From a virus (Duplodnaviria > Caudoviricetes), in the IMG/VR virus record IMGVR_UViG_3300032053_000004, positions 64,001-128,000 of that record: a stretch of 64,000 nucleotides of DNA. One strand, 5' to 3'. Positions 1-8,849 of this stretch are shown here, in pieces (the first letter of the stretch is position 1; every line of letters starts with the position of its first letter). A program made the position numbers and the translations under genes. The notes under the pieces are model-generated. The model saw nothing but the letters and a program-made list of their open reading frames with translations, ran no database searches and had not been told where the DNA came from.

Positions 1-87
1 CTTTTACCATTACCTCTATTTCCATCTGAATCTGATCAGTCTCTTCTTGCTAGAATCCGATCTGAAATCAAAGTAGTTTTCGCCTAG
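1..87 (+). CDS. 3' end of a gene truncated by the window edge
   Basis: Frame 1 is open from base 1 (LLPLPLFPSESDQSLLARIRSEIKVVFA) to TAG at 85-87. Confidence 0.4.
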   Translation, partial: LLPLPLFPSESDQSLLARIRSEIKVVFA

Positions 88-98
88 TATAGTTTGTC

Positions 99-308
99 AT
101 GTCTGACAACCCAATGGTTTCTGCTGAAGGGCACCCGATCAAATTTGCGAAATGCAAACGTGGTTCTGATCGAGCCACCACAGGCCAAGAGTGTGACGGG
201 AATTTAGCGGAGATTCTTTCCCCTCCTGGTTCTAATATTGTGCACTTCAGATGTCATAAATGTAAACATGCCTGGATCATTCCAGTAGGAGGAACATCTC
301 CAATATGA
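99..308 (+). CDS. small Cys-rich (zinc-ribbon-like) protein
   Basis: 69 aa with Cys at KC...EC and FRCHKCKH; G-TATAGT lies 5 nt before the ATG. Confidence 0.6.
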   Translation: MSDNPMVSAEGHPIKFAKCKRGSDRATTGQECDGNLAEILSPPGSNIVHFRCHKCKHAWIIPVGGTSPI

Positions 309-532
309 ACTTTTTTTGCATGAAAGATAGCTCCTGTCTCGAATCGACAGGAACCGTTAATATACTTAGTTGTCCCGAATGTAATACTAAGTATTCAATA
401 ACTGTTAGTATAACTGAAATCAATGATGCAAATTCACGGGAATTCCCAACAACAAGAGAAAATCAAATCTCTTTTAATTTCCCCAACTCCTCCGAATCCA
501 ATAATGATTTGTGGAGCTCAGGGAATAGGTAA
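305..532 (+). CDS. small putative zinc-ribbon protein
   Basis: CxxxxxC and CPEC motifs; ATGA overlap with the upstream gene; 110-nt overlap with the next gene lowers confidence. Confidence 0.4.
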   Translation: MNFFCMKDSSCLESTGTVNILSCPECNTKYSITVSITEINDANSREFPTTRENQISFNFPNSSESNNDLWSSGNR

Positions 533-1208
533 ATTTTCTTATATAAAACAACTCGTATCAGAAATCAATTCAGATACAGATATTCTCTTTCCCGGTTTAG
601 ATGTTGACAGCGCGAGAGAATCCGTTAAATTTTCATGTTTAGCTCCCGTATTTAATGATTATAAATTCATAGTCATAAATGACGGTGATTTTTTGAGTCT
701 TCAGGCTCAGGATGCTTATTTAAAATCCTGTGAAGAATCCCCTGATTGGTCTATTTTCATTTTTATTGCTAGTGATTCGTCTCATATCTCTTCAGCTTTG
801 TTGAGCCGAATTAGAGAAACTATAAGATGGTCTATTTTATCAAATGAAGAAATGCGAAACTTCATATCTAAAGACGTAAATGAAAACGTCATGGATATTT
901 GTAGAGGCAGACCTGGGATATATGAAACGATAATAAATAATGAATCTCTACTCTCATTTTCATCAGATGTTTCTGAATTTTTGTCTGATATCCCTAGGTC
1001 TTCAATTATTCCTAGTGCTATTATTGAAGCAAAGAAATCTGATAAAAATTATCGTTCTATAATATCTAGAATATGTTTCCATACTGCATTGAAACTAAAT
1101 CATAATGTAGACCGCGTTTGTTCTGTATTAGATTTTGCATCCAATTTATCTAAATATCCCTCCTTAGATATTGAGTCTTATTGGATTAAAGCAACTTTAA
1201 ATATCTGA
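423..1208 (+). CDS. holB: DNA polymerase III delta-prime-like clamp loader subunit (AAA+)
   Basis: GAQGIGK P-loop; FIVINDGD..SLQAQDAYLKSCEESP and ALLSR match the HolB/DnaX iiIde..m...AqnalLKtlEEP...I.SR pattern. Confidence 0.8.
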   Translation: MMQIHGNSQQQEKIKSLLISPTPPNPIMICGAQGIGKFSYIKQLVSEINSDTDILFPGLDVDSARESVKFSCLAPVFNDYKFIVINDGDFLSLQAQDAYLKSCEESPDWSIFIFIASDSSHISSALLSRIRETIRWSILSNEEMRNFISKDVNENVMDICRGRPGIYETIINNESLLSFSSDVSEFLSDIPRSSIIPSAIIEAKKSDKNYRSIISRICFHTALKLNHNVDRVCSVLDFASNLSKYPSLDIESYWIKATLNI

Positions 1209-1231
1209 ACGAATGTAATTTATTTATATTC

Positions 1232-2074
1232 GTGACTGTTTTAGTTATTGAGGGTGATGATGATTTCTTAGTTGAGCGTGCGGCTCGAGAAGAAGCCATA
1301 TCTTATCTTTCAGAAAACGAAAGTTTGGAGTTTTTTCTTCCTGGTGATTCTGATTCTTTTCAAGAGTATTTAAATGTTCCTTCTTTTAAAGAAGAAAGAC
1401 GTTCTGTTGTTATTCACGGAGCAACATTAATCCCTGATATTAAAAATGACGATCTATTGATTTTTACAAAAATTGGACAGAAACTAGACGCAACTAAACA
1501 TAAAATTGTAACAATTCGTTCTCCAAAAAATGAAAACGAAATTCTTCAATGGGTTTTAAGAGAAGGGGAAACGCTCAATATAGATCTAACGCGAGTCGCG
1601 CATGCTCTTTTTGTGAGCTGCGGATCTTGTCTCCGCAAAATCGTCATGGAAATTGAGAAAATTTCAATGATAACTCAAAAAGGAGGCGTTGTTACTCAAG
1701 AAGAAGCGAAATCTGTTTTATGTTTTTCAGCTGATCTTAAACCCATTCAAATGCTTGAAGCCATATTAGAAGGAAATTCTGCTAAAACATTAGCTTATTT
1801 TGACAAATTTGAAGAAAATAATGATATTGGATGGATTTTATCATACATGCATCGTCATGTATCTCAAGCTCTTCAATTTAAAAAGTTCCCAAATTCTAAA
1901 GTCCCATTTTTTGCGAAAGAGCTTTCATTTAAAATGAAATCTTTATCTCGTAGTGTAGACACATTTTGTGAATTAGACGGTCTTTTTCGTTCTGGAAAAC
2001 CGTCAGCTCGTTTAGGTTTGGGGTTTGAACTCGTGAGAATGGCGGAGGATATTAAAAATGTTAAGAGTGGTTGA
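1232..2074 (+). CDS. holA: DNA polymerase III delta-like clamp loader subunit
   Basis: N-terminal LVIEGDDDFLV, then LRKIVMEIEKI and VVTQEEAKSV, as in HolA; adjacent to the delta-prime gene. Confidence 0.7.
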   Translation: MTVLVIEGDDDFLVERAAREEAISYLSENESLEFFLPGDSDSFQEYLNVPSFKEERRSVVIHGATLIPDIKNDDLLIFTKIGQKLDATKHKIVTIRSPKNENEILQWVLREGETLNIDLTRVAHALFVSCGSCLRKIVMEIEKISMITQKGGVVTQEEAKSVLCFSADLKPIQMLEAILEGNSAKTLAYFDKFEENNDIGWILSYMHRHVSQALQFKKFPNSKVPFFAKELSFKMKSLSRSVDTFCELDGLFRSGKPSARLGLGFELVRMAEDIKNVKSG

Positions 2075-4853
2075 TAGTTCTCAAATTGATCAAATTTCTT
2101 CAAACATTATGCTTGAAGCCGGTCACTGGCCTCGCGTTTTTACAGCAGAAGGCATACATCCATTTGAACAAATTGAATGGAAAATAGTAGACGCTCGTAT
2201 TGAAGGGAAGGGCGGAAACGTCGTTTTTGAGCAAAAAGGAGTAGAAGTTCCTATTTGGTGGGGTCAGTCCGCCATAAATATTGTTGCTGATAAATATATG
2301 AGGGTCATTAATGGAGTTAGAGAAAATTCTGTTAAGCAAATTTTTTCCCGCGTAGCATCGACGATCCGTAAATGGGCAACCGAACAAGAATATTTTAATG
2401 TTGAGAAAGATGCTCAAATTTTTGAAGAAGAGCTGATTTTTGCTTTACTCCATCAATATGGAGCATTTAATTCTCCTGTCTGGTTTAATTTGGGTGTTCC
2501 AGATAGGAAACAAGCAGCTTCTGCGTGTTTCATATCGAGTGTTGAAGATACGCTTGATAGTATCATGAATTTTCAATGTTCTGAATTAAAAATTTTTGCT
2601 TTTGGCTCCGGATCAGGTGCTAATTTATCTAAGATTCGTTCGTCTTATGAAAAACTTTCTTCAGGTTCTTACACATCCGGGCCTCTTTCTTGGATGAAAG
2701 GTCTTGATGATTATGCCGGGGCTATGAAATCTGGCGGATCTACTAGAAATGCCGCTAAAATGGTTGTTCTTGATATTGATCATCCTGATATCCTTGAGAC
2801 TAAGGATGGACGTCCTGGTTTCATTAAGGCTAAGTCAGCAGCCGAGCAAATTGCCCATGATTTGATTCAAAAAGCTGGGTATACCGGATCTTTCGACGAT
2901 CCGAATTCAGCCTATAAGATAGTTCCACTGCAAAATGCGAATAATTCGATCAGCATAACTAACTCCTTCATGCAAGCAGTTATAGATGATGGTCTTTGGC
3001 AAACCAAAGAACGTTTAACTGGCAAACCAGTTCACACATATAAAGCACGTGATGTTTGGAAAGAAATTTCCATCGCAGCTTGGAAATGTGCTGATCCTGG
3101 TGTTCAATTTAATGATACTATGAATGAATGGCATACTACTCCAAAATCAGGAAAAATACGTGCCTCTAATCCATGCTCAGAGTATTTGAATATCGACAAT
3201 ACGGCTTGTAATCTTTGCGCTATTAATTTAACTAAATTCTTCGAAGGAAAGAAATTTAATCACGAAAGATTTGAACAGTCTGTTCGTTTGTTCGTTACTT
3301 CACAAAACGCTATCATAGCTAAGGCTGAGTATCCGACTGATGAAATAACTAAGAATAGTATAACGAACCGCCCCATAGGTTTAAATTACGGGGATCTTGG
3401 TGCGTTACTTATGAAATTCGGATACGGTTATGATTCTGATGAAGGTCGTGCTATTGCTGCTCGTATGGCAAGCCTTATGACCGGTCATGCTTATTTGACT
3501 TCTGCTCGTCTTGCGGCTCGAGTCGGAGCTTTTGAAGAATTTAAAGATAATCGAGACGATATGATGCGAATTATGCGAAAGCATAAAGAAGCGGATTCAG
3601 TCATTCTTTCTCGGTGGAATTTAGAGAATGATCCGATTTCGGATGATGTAGTTTCTGCTAGTTCCAAACTTTGGGATGACGTTATAGATTTTGGCTTGAG
3701 ATATGGATATAGTGTTTCTCAGGCCACTCTCCAAGCTCCTCTTGGGACTATCTCTTTCTTGATGGAAATGAATACGACCGGAATCGAACCTGCATTTTCT
3801 CTTGTTTCATATAAGACTATGGTCGGCGGCGGCTTCATGAAGCTTGTTAATGGGGCTGTCCGCGATGCTCTTGTAAATCTCGGATATTCACAAGAGTCTA
3901 CTGAAGAGATATGTCAGTATATTCATGACAATGATTGTATTGAGGGAGCTCCCGGGTTTAAAGAAGAAGATTTACCAGTTTTTGACTGCGCCATGCCTTC
4001 TGGTAGATCTAAGAGATCTCTTTCTCCTATGGCCCATATTAAGATGATGGCAGCGATTCAGCCGCTCATTACGTGCGCCCAAAGTAAAACTGTTAATTTA
4101 CCTAATTCCGTAACTCCTGAGGATATTGGCAATGTTTATATGGAAGCTTGGAAGCTTGGTTTAAAATGTGTTGCTCTTTATCGAGATGGTTGTAAACTTT
4201 CGCAACCTCTTGCGACCAAAGAACGCTCTGATGAGCAGCATGATATTAAGATGGTTGATGAACCGAGGAAAGACATTGAGCTATCGTTCGGTGCTAAACG
4301 TCGTCCTATGCCGAATGACGCAGAAGGTACCAGACATGTATTTCACATTGATGGGTATAAAGGTTATATAATAGTAAACGAATATGCTGATAAAACTCCG
4401 GGAGAAGTCTTCCTAAGACTTGGAAAACCAGGATCGACAGTTGCCGGTTTGATTGATGGTTTTACTAAGCTTCTCAGTATTTCTCTTCAATTTGGTGTTC
4501 CTCTTCCGAAATTGATCCATAGTTTTGTCGACACGAAATTTGAACCGGCTGGATTTACTCAAAATCCGAATATTCGATTTGCTAAGAGTTTTTATGATTA
4601 TTTATTCAAGTATCTTGATCTTAAGTATTACGATGGGGAAAATACTGGTTTAAATTTGAAGAAACTTGTTGCTGAAGAAAGTGAGTCTATAACACCAAAT
4701 TCTGTTGATAGTTTATACCCGACTCCTATTCCTGTTGCTCCGATTAAAAAGAATCTTGATTCTCCCCCGTGTACACGGTGCGGATCCATTACGATTCGTA
4801 ATGGATCTTGCCATCTTTGTACAAATTGCGGCATAACAACAGGCTGTAGTTAG
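2058..4853 (+). CDS. nrdJ: class II (adenosylcobalamin-dependent) ribonucleotide reductase with fused C-terminal NrdJb/TSCPD-like domain and Zn ribbon
   Basis: FNSPVWFN, ASACF, TRNAAKM, SNPCSE, ACNL, APLGTIS, SKTVN, YRDGCK; C-terminal CTRC..CHLCTNC..GCS; strong SD GGAGG. Confidence 0.96.
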   Translation: MLRVVDSSQIDQISSNIMLEAGHWPRVFTAEGIHPFEQIEWKIVDARIEGKGGNVVFEQKGVEVPIWWGQSAINIVADKYMRVINGVRENSVKQIFSRVASTIRKWATEQEYFNVEKDAQIFEEELIFALLHQYGAFNSPVWFNLGVPDRKQAASACFISSVEDTLDSIMNFQCSELKIFAFGSGSGANLSKIRSSYEKLSSGSYTSGPLSWMKGLDDYAGAMKSGGSTRNAAKMVVLDIDHPDILETKDGRPGFIKAKSAAEQIAHDLIQKAGYTGSFDDPNSAYKIVPLQNANNSISITNSFMQAVIDDGLWQTKERLTGKPVHTYKARDVWKEISIAAWKCADPGVQFNDTMNEWHTTPKSGKIRASNPCSEYLNIDNTACNLCAINLTKFFEGKKFNHERFEQSVRLFVTSQNAIIAKAEYPTDEITKNSITNRPIGLNYGDLGALLMKFGYGYDSDEGRAIAARMASLMTGHAYLTSARLAARVGAFEEFKDNRDDMMRIMRKHKEADSVILSRWNLENDPISDDVVSASSKLWDDVIDFGLRYGYSVSQATLQAPLGTISFLMEMNTTGIEPAFSLVSYKTMVGGGFMKLVNGAVRDALVNLGYSQESTEEICQYIHDNDCIEGAPGFKEEDLPVFDCAMPSGRSKRSLSPMAHIKMMAAIQPLITCAQSKTVNLPNSVTPEDIGNVYMEAWKLGLKCVALYRDGCKLSQPLATKERSDEQHDIKMVDEPRKDIELSFGAKRRPMPNDAEGTRHVFHIDGYKGYIIVNEYADKTPGEVFLRLGKPGSTVAGLIDGFTKLLSISLQFGVPLPKLIHSFVDTKFEPAGFTQNPNIRFAKSFYDYLFKYLDLKYYDGENTGLNLKKLVAEESESITPNSVDSLYPTPIPVAPIKKNLDSPPCTRCGSITIRNGSCHLCTNCGITTGCS

Positions 4854-4904
4854 GTTTATATTTCCATAATTAATATGATTAGGTTTTTTTTGTTATTAGT
4901 TAAT

Positions 4905-5324
4905 ATGAACCCTTCTCAGGTCGTCCAGTCCCTTCGTCGTATAGCTGCTGCCATCCAAGCTTCAAAGAATCCTGACCGAAGGCTTGTGGCTCGGGATTTA
5001 AAGAAGATTATTTCTATTCTTTTGAACAAACCGAAATCCGAAACATTTTATGTTGATTGGGAAGGGAGAGGTTATACATCAGATTTAATGAAATCTGACA
5101 TTCAAATAATGAAAAAAACAATAGGAGAAGGACCAATTTATGCTGGAAGTATTGATGATTTTACAGGTGAGTATTTTAGTTCAACAGGCGGACCTATTGA
5201 AAATTTGATAATTTTAAGAGGTGGACTTAAGAATACTGACAGTAGTCCTTTCATGAGAGACAATGTTCTTTGGAGAAAATTTTCTAATTGGGATGAACTA
5301 ATAAATGAATTTCAATTGTTTTAA
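4905..5324 (+). CDS. unknown protein carrying the shared 43-aa N-terminal leader (copy 1)
   Basis: Start reassigned to ATG 4905 (MNPSQVVQSL..) by alignment with the 21010 and 49390 genes. Confidence 0.8.
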   Translation: MNPSQVVQSLRRIAAAIQASKNPDRRLVARDLKKIISILLNKPKSETFYVDWEGRGYTSDLMKSDIQIMKKTIGEGPIYAGSIDDFTGEYFSSTGGPIENLIILRGGLKNTDSSPFMRDNVLWRKFSNWDELINEFQLF

Positions 5325-5337
5325 GTAATGTTGTTTT

Positions 5338-5577
5338 ATGTCAGATAATGAACGTGATAGATATGCTTATGGATATGACGCCGGGACAATTGTAGATGGC
5401 GTCGTTCATTTGGATTTATCTACAAATAAATTTGTTCTCATAGATGACGATGGAGAGGTTTTTGACCCCAACGCTGTTTTACAAACATTAATGGGGAAAA
5501 AGGTTCGTATAACTATGATTTCTTTCGAATCCATGGAAGCTTTAGAAAAGCTTCTCGCAAATCAGCCTAAGAATTAA
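5338..5577 (+). CDS. hypothetical protein
   Basis: 79-aa ORF; G-TAATGT 6 nt before the ATG; shares TTAA with the stop of the convergent gene. Confidence 0.7.
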   Translation: MSDNERDRYAYGYDAGTIVDGVVHLDLSTNKFVLIDDDGEVFDPNAVLQTLMGKKVRITMISFESMEALEKLLANQPKN

Positions 5578-6695
5578 ACTTGATCATCACTAAGATTTTT
5601 CTCCAAATATGGGATGCAGTCGTTTCTTCTAGATATTAAAACTCTGCATCCCTTGTGTAAATTAAGATCTTTAAACATTGAAAGATTATGGAGAGAAACA
5701 TTTGTAATTGTTACTCCTCCTATATTTATGGGTTCAACAACCGCTACACCGGTTACACGACCTGAAGATCCGACCTGCCATTTCACATCTATAACTCTTG
5801 ATTCTCTCATTGAAGGATCAAATTTCCAGGCCACTTGACCGTTCGGACGAAGATTTAATTCTCCTAACTCTTGGAGATCATTTAAATTATTAACGGAAAC
5901 AACCATTCCATCGATTTCGTACGGAACACTTTCTCGATCTATACCTTTGAATATTTTAACTATATATTCTTTATCTGTACATGCGGCAGCCTCCGGGACT
6001 TCAAACCCTAAGGACTTGAGTTCCTTAAAAGCATATGATAATGTCGATGGTTGGTCTATTTCTTTTACCATCCAATATGCTAGAAAATTTAGATTAACAC
6101 AATCCTTTCCTCCACCTTTTTTGTCCCGGACTTTGCCTGCGGCAGTATTTCTTGGATTAGCGTAAGATTCTGAATATTTTTCTTCAAAAACTTTCTTGAG
6201 TATAACTATTTCGCCGCGAACTATGACATCTATTTCTATTGGAAGTTTTTTCGGTATACTTGGAACCTTTGACATATTTGATAGGACTTCTTCTCCTATC
6301 ATCCCATCCCCTCTAGTAACGGCCGATATTAACACGCCTTTTTGGTATACTAACTCCATGGAGGATCCATCTATTTTATGGGTTATATGGATAGACCCTG
6401 TGTTTAATTTCTCTGCCCATTCTAAAAATTCTGCCTCAGAATTAACTTTATTAAGGGATCCCATTGGTATTTTGTGCGGAACTTTTTCCCAGACAGAAAT
6501 TTCAGTTGGGGCTGCTCCGACCAAAATTAGTTCTTTATGATTAGGGTCGAGAGATTTTAATTCATCAATTAATGCATCATATTCTTGGTCCGACAATATT
6601 GTATTTAAATTATAATAACCTTCTCTGGCTTCTCGGATCTTTAAAGATAACTCTTCTATTCTTTCTGAGTTCATTTGATAATATTTTACATCCAT
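5574..6695 (-). CDS. ligA: NAD-dependent DNA ligase, N-terminal half (domain Ia, adenylation domain, OB fold)
   Basis: YY..LSDQEYD, HKIPMGSLNK, motif I KIDG, TRGDG..GE, VRGE, NPRNTAAG, YEIDGMV, AWKF, WQVGSSGRVT, SLHN; ends RRNDCIP, equivalent to RAGDVIP. Confidence 0.95.
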   Translation of the reverse strand: MDVKYYQMNSERIEELSLKIREAREGYYNLNTILSDQEYDALIDELKSLDPNHKELILVGAAPTEISVWEKVPHKIPMGSLNKVNSEAEFLEWAEKLNTGSIHITHKIDGSSMELVYQKGVLISAVTRGDGMIGEEVLSNMSKVPSIPKKLPIEIDVIVRGEIVILKKVFEEKYSESYANPRNTAAGKVRDKKGGGKDCVNLNFLAYWMVKEIDQPSTLSYAFKELKSLGFEVPEAAACTDKEYIVKIFKGIDRESVPYEIDGMVVSVNNLNDLQELGELNLRPNGQVAWKFDPSMRESRVIDVKWQVGSSGRVTGVAVVEPINIGGVTITNVSLHNLSMFKDLNLHKGCRVLISRRNDCIPYLEKNLSDDQV

Positions 6696-6727
6696 AAGCT
6701 ATTTGTTAATTATAATTTAGAGGAAAT
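6696..6727. promoter_or_regulatory. candidate bidirectional promoter
   Basis: 32-bp divergent gap containing the palindrome AATTATAATT (6708-6717), which gives TATAAT on both strands. Confidence 0.4.
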
Positions 6728-7228
6728 ATGTCTCATCCTACATTCTCAAAAATAGCGGCCGAAATTTCAGTCATGATTCAGTCTCGGACTAGAATCAAAA
6801 CCGCAGCTGAAAGAGACGCTGAATGGCATCGAGTTAATAGTTATATAGCGGACATTTTGAAAGATGTTCATATGACTTATGCTAAACTCGCCCGACTTCA
6901 GAGCGATTTTACTGGGGATGAACTCGTTCAATTAGAAGAATTATCTGAAAGGATTCTTTCTCTCGGTTCTTCAATGTCTAAATTTTCTAAGGCTTTCTAT
7001 GAAGGTCAGTTTAATATGCTTCCTGCGGATACCACGTTTGGTGGCGGTGGCGGTGGCGGTGGTGGCGCTGGGATGCCCGGAGGAGGTTCTCCAATGCCCG
7101 AGGGCGCACCGGGTGGTATAGATATCTTCGAAGAGGAAGAAACCGCCCCGGGATCGGAAGAAGAGGTAGAGGTTGTAGAGGAGGATGAAGGTCAGGGTCA
7201 GGAAGAAGAGGAAGAGGAAGAGGAATGA
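6728..7228 (+). CDS. unknown helical protein with Gly-run and acidic tail; putative internal virion protein
   Basis: SD GAGG; FSKIAAEIS and KTAA motifs; poly-Gly from GGTGGC repeats; Glu-rich C-terminus. Confidence 0.75.
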   Translation: MSHPTFSKIAAEISVMIQSRTRIKTAAERDAEWHRVNSYIADILKDVHMTYAKLARLQSDFTGDELVQLEELSERILSLGSSMSKFSKAFYEGQFNMLPADTTFGGGGGGGGGAGMPGGGSPMPEGAPGGIDIFEEEETAPGSEEEVEVVEEDEGQGQEEEEEEEE

Positions 7229-8025
7229 TCAATATATTTCGAATTGCCAGCAGAATTGCTGGCAAGAGTCTTCTTTTAATGGAAGAAATGGGATACAATC
7301 CATATATTCGTGTAGATAATATAAGTTATTTATTGCCTGAGGAGTGCAGCAGTAGTGAAATTATTGAATCTATATTCAATGCTTGGATAAAGTCTGGATT
7401 TTCAGGTGATTCTCTCATTTCTCAGAAAAAATTATTTGATACCCCAAGTAATTTTCTTCATGAAATTGAACATCTTGTTTTAGATCCTAATTTTGATTTA
7501 AGACTCCAAGCCCATAAATCAAAATTAACTGATTCTCCGTCTCATCATGGGATAGAATCTATGATGGAAGAAGTTATGACTCAACGTCTCTTTCGTTTCA
7601 TTCTTCCTGATGAAGCAGATTGTCATGATGCAATAGATAATAGTATATGGTTTTCACACAATAGTCGTTTAGAAAATGATAAACTGTTGGATATGATTTC
7701 TTCTGCTCCAATGTCTAATTCTACTTTAGAAAATATTAGAGATTCAGCTATATATAAAACAAAACAAAAATATGAGAATGGTGAGATAAATACTAGCCCG
7801 GATCGACCGGGGGTGATAGAAATGAATGTTCAAATCTTAATTGATTTTCTCATGAATGCTTTGAGCAAATTTGATATATGGAAAGAAATTATTTCTGATG
7901 AACAGGAAGAAAAATGGAGAAAATTTGCTCTTAATTTAAGAAATGAATTCAAGAAACTTTCTCGAATTTACGGAATTTCTATGGATTGGGATACTGATCG
8001 AATGATTCAATACGAAGAACAGTAG
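7225..8025 (+). CDS. putative zincin-like metallopeptidase with IASRIA N-terminus
   Basis: FLHEIEH (HExxH) with a downstream MMEEV; N-terminus MINIFRIASRIAG. Confidence 0.5.
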   Translation: MINIFRIASRIAGKSLLLMEEMGYNPYIRVDNISYLLPEECSSSEIIESIFNAWIKSGFSGDSLISQKKLFDTPSNFLHEIEHLVLDPNFDLRLQAHKSKLTDSPSHHGIESMMEEVMTQRLFRFILPDEADCHDAIDNSIWFSHNSRLENDKLLDMISSAPMSNSTLENIRDSAIYKTKQKYENGEINTSPDRPGVIEMNVQILIDFLMNALSKFDIWKEIISDEQEEKWRKFALNLRNEFKKLSRIYGISMDWDTDRMIQYEEQ

Positions 8026-8051
8026 ATATTATCTCAATTGTAAGTTGGTGC

Positions 8052-8849
8052 ATGGTCACACCGACTGTTGAATATTTTCAAATACCTAGTATATGTCCTG
8101 TTTGTTCCGGTCTTTTAACGATAGACGGGCAATTTTTATTTTGTAAGTCCAAAACTTGCCCTGGAAAGCTTTCCGGGGCAATAAGAGTATGGGTGGAACG
8201 TCTTGGGCTCCTTCATTGGGGTGATACTCTCATAGATAAACTATGTGAGAATAAGATTTCTTCCATATCTGATTTATATCGATTATCGATTGAAGATATT
8301 GCTTCCTGTTGTTCAGGAGTCAAATTTGCTGCTAAATGCCATAAAGTTCTACATTTAAATAAGTCAATTCCTTTACAATTATTGATTTCTGCCTTAAATA
8401 TTCCGAATTTAGGTATATCTACTGCTACTGACATAGTTTCATCAGGAATAAGCACTATTAGTTCACTTCTTAGTGTTTCTGTTGAAGATCTTGAAAAAGT
8501 TCCGAATGTTGGAAAATTAACTGCTCAAAAAATATATGATGGTATTCAAGAAAAAAGAGTAGTTATTCTTGAATTAGAAAGTGTGCTAAATATAATCGTT
8601 CCTACATCCGGTCCTCTTGTTAACTTATCATTCTGTATAACTGGTCCTCTTTCAAAACCTAGAAAAGCTATTGAAAAATTGATAATGGATGCTGGAGGAA
8701 CTGTTAAAAGTTCAGTCGGTTCAGGTGTAACCCACTTAGTGACCAACGTTCCAGACACGACTTCTTCAAAGATGCAAAACGCAAAGAAGCATGGGACTCA
8801 GGTTATTTCAGAGATCAATCTTTATTCGCTCATTGAGGCTACGAATTGA
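8052..8849 (+). CDS. ligA: NAD-dependent DNA ligase, C-terminal half (Zn finger, HhH, BRCT)
   Basis: PSICPVC...CKSKTC; GLLHWG, LNIPNLG and VPNVGKLTA HhH motifs; BRCT FCITG..R...IMDAGG...SV...VTHLV..SSKMQNAKKHG. Confidence 0.93.
   Translation: MVTPTVEYFQIPSICPVCSGLLTIDGQFLFCKSKTCPGKLSGAIRVWVERLGLLHWGDTLIDKLCENKISSISDLYRLSIEDIASCCSGVKFAAKCHKVLHLNKSIPLQLLISALNIPNLGISTATDIVSSGISTISSLLSVSVEDLEKVPNVGKLTAQKIYDGIQEKRVVILELESVLNIIVPTSGPLVNLSFCITGPLSKPRKAIEKLIMDAGGTVKSSVGSGVTHLVTNVPDTTSSKMQNAKKHGTQVISEINLYSLIEATN

Noticed and set aside
5560-8060. Programmed invertible switch that would rejoin the ligA halves
   Set aside because: The ends share only AAGTT, crossing over there would not put the halves in frame, no longer inverted repeats were seen, and no recombinase is in the window. 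It is treated as a fixed historical inversion
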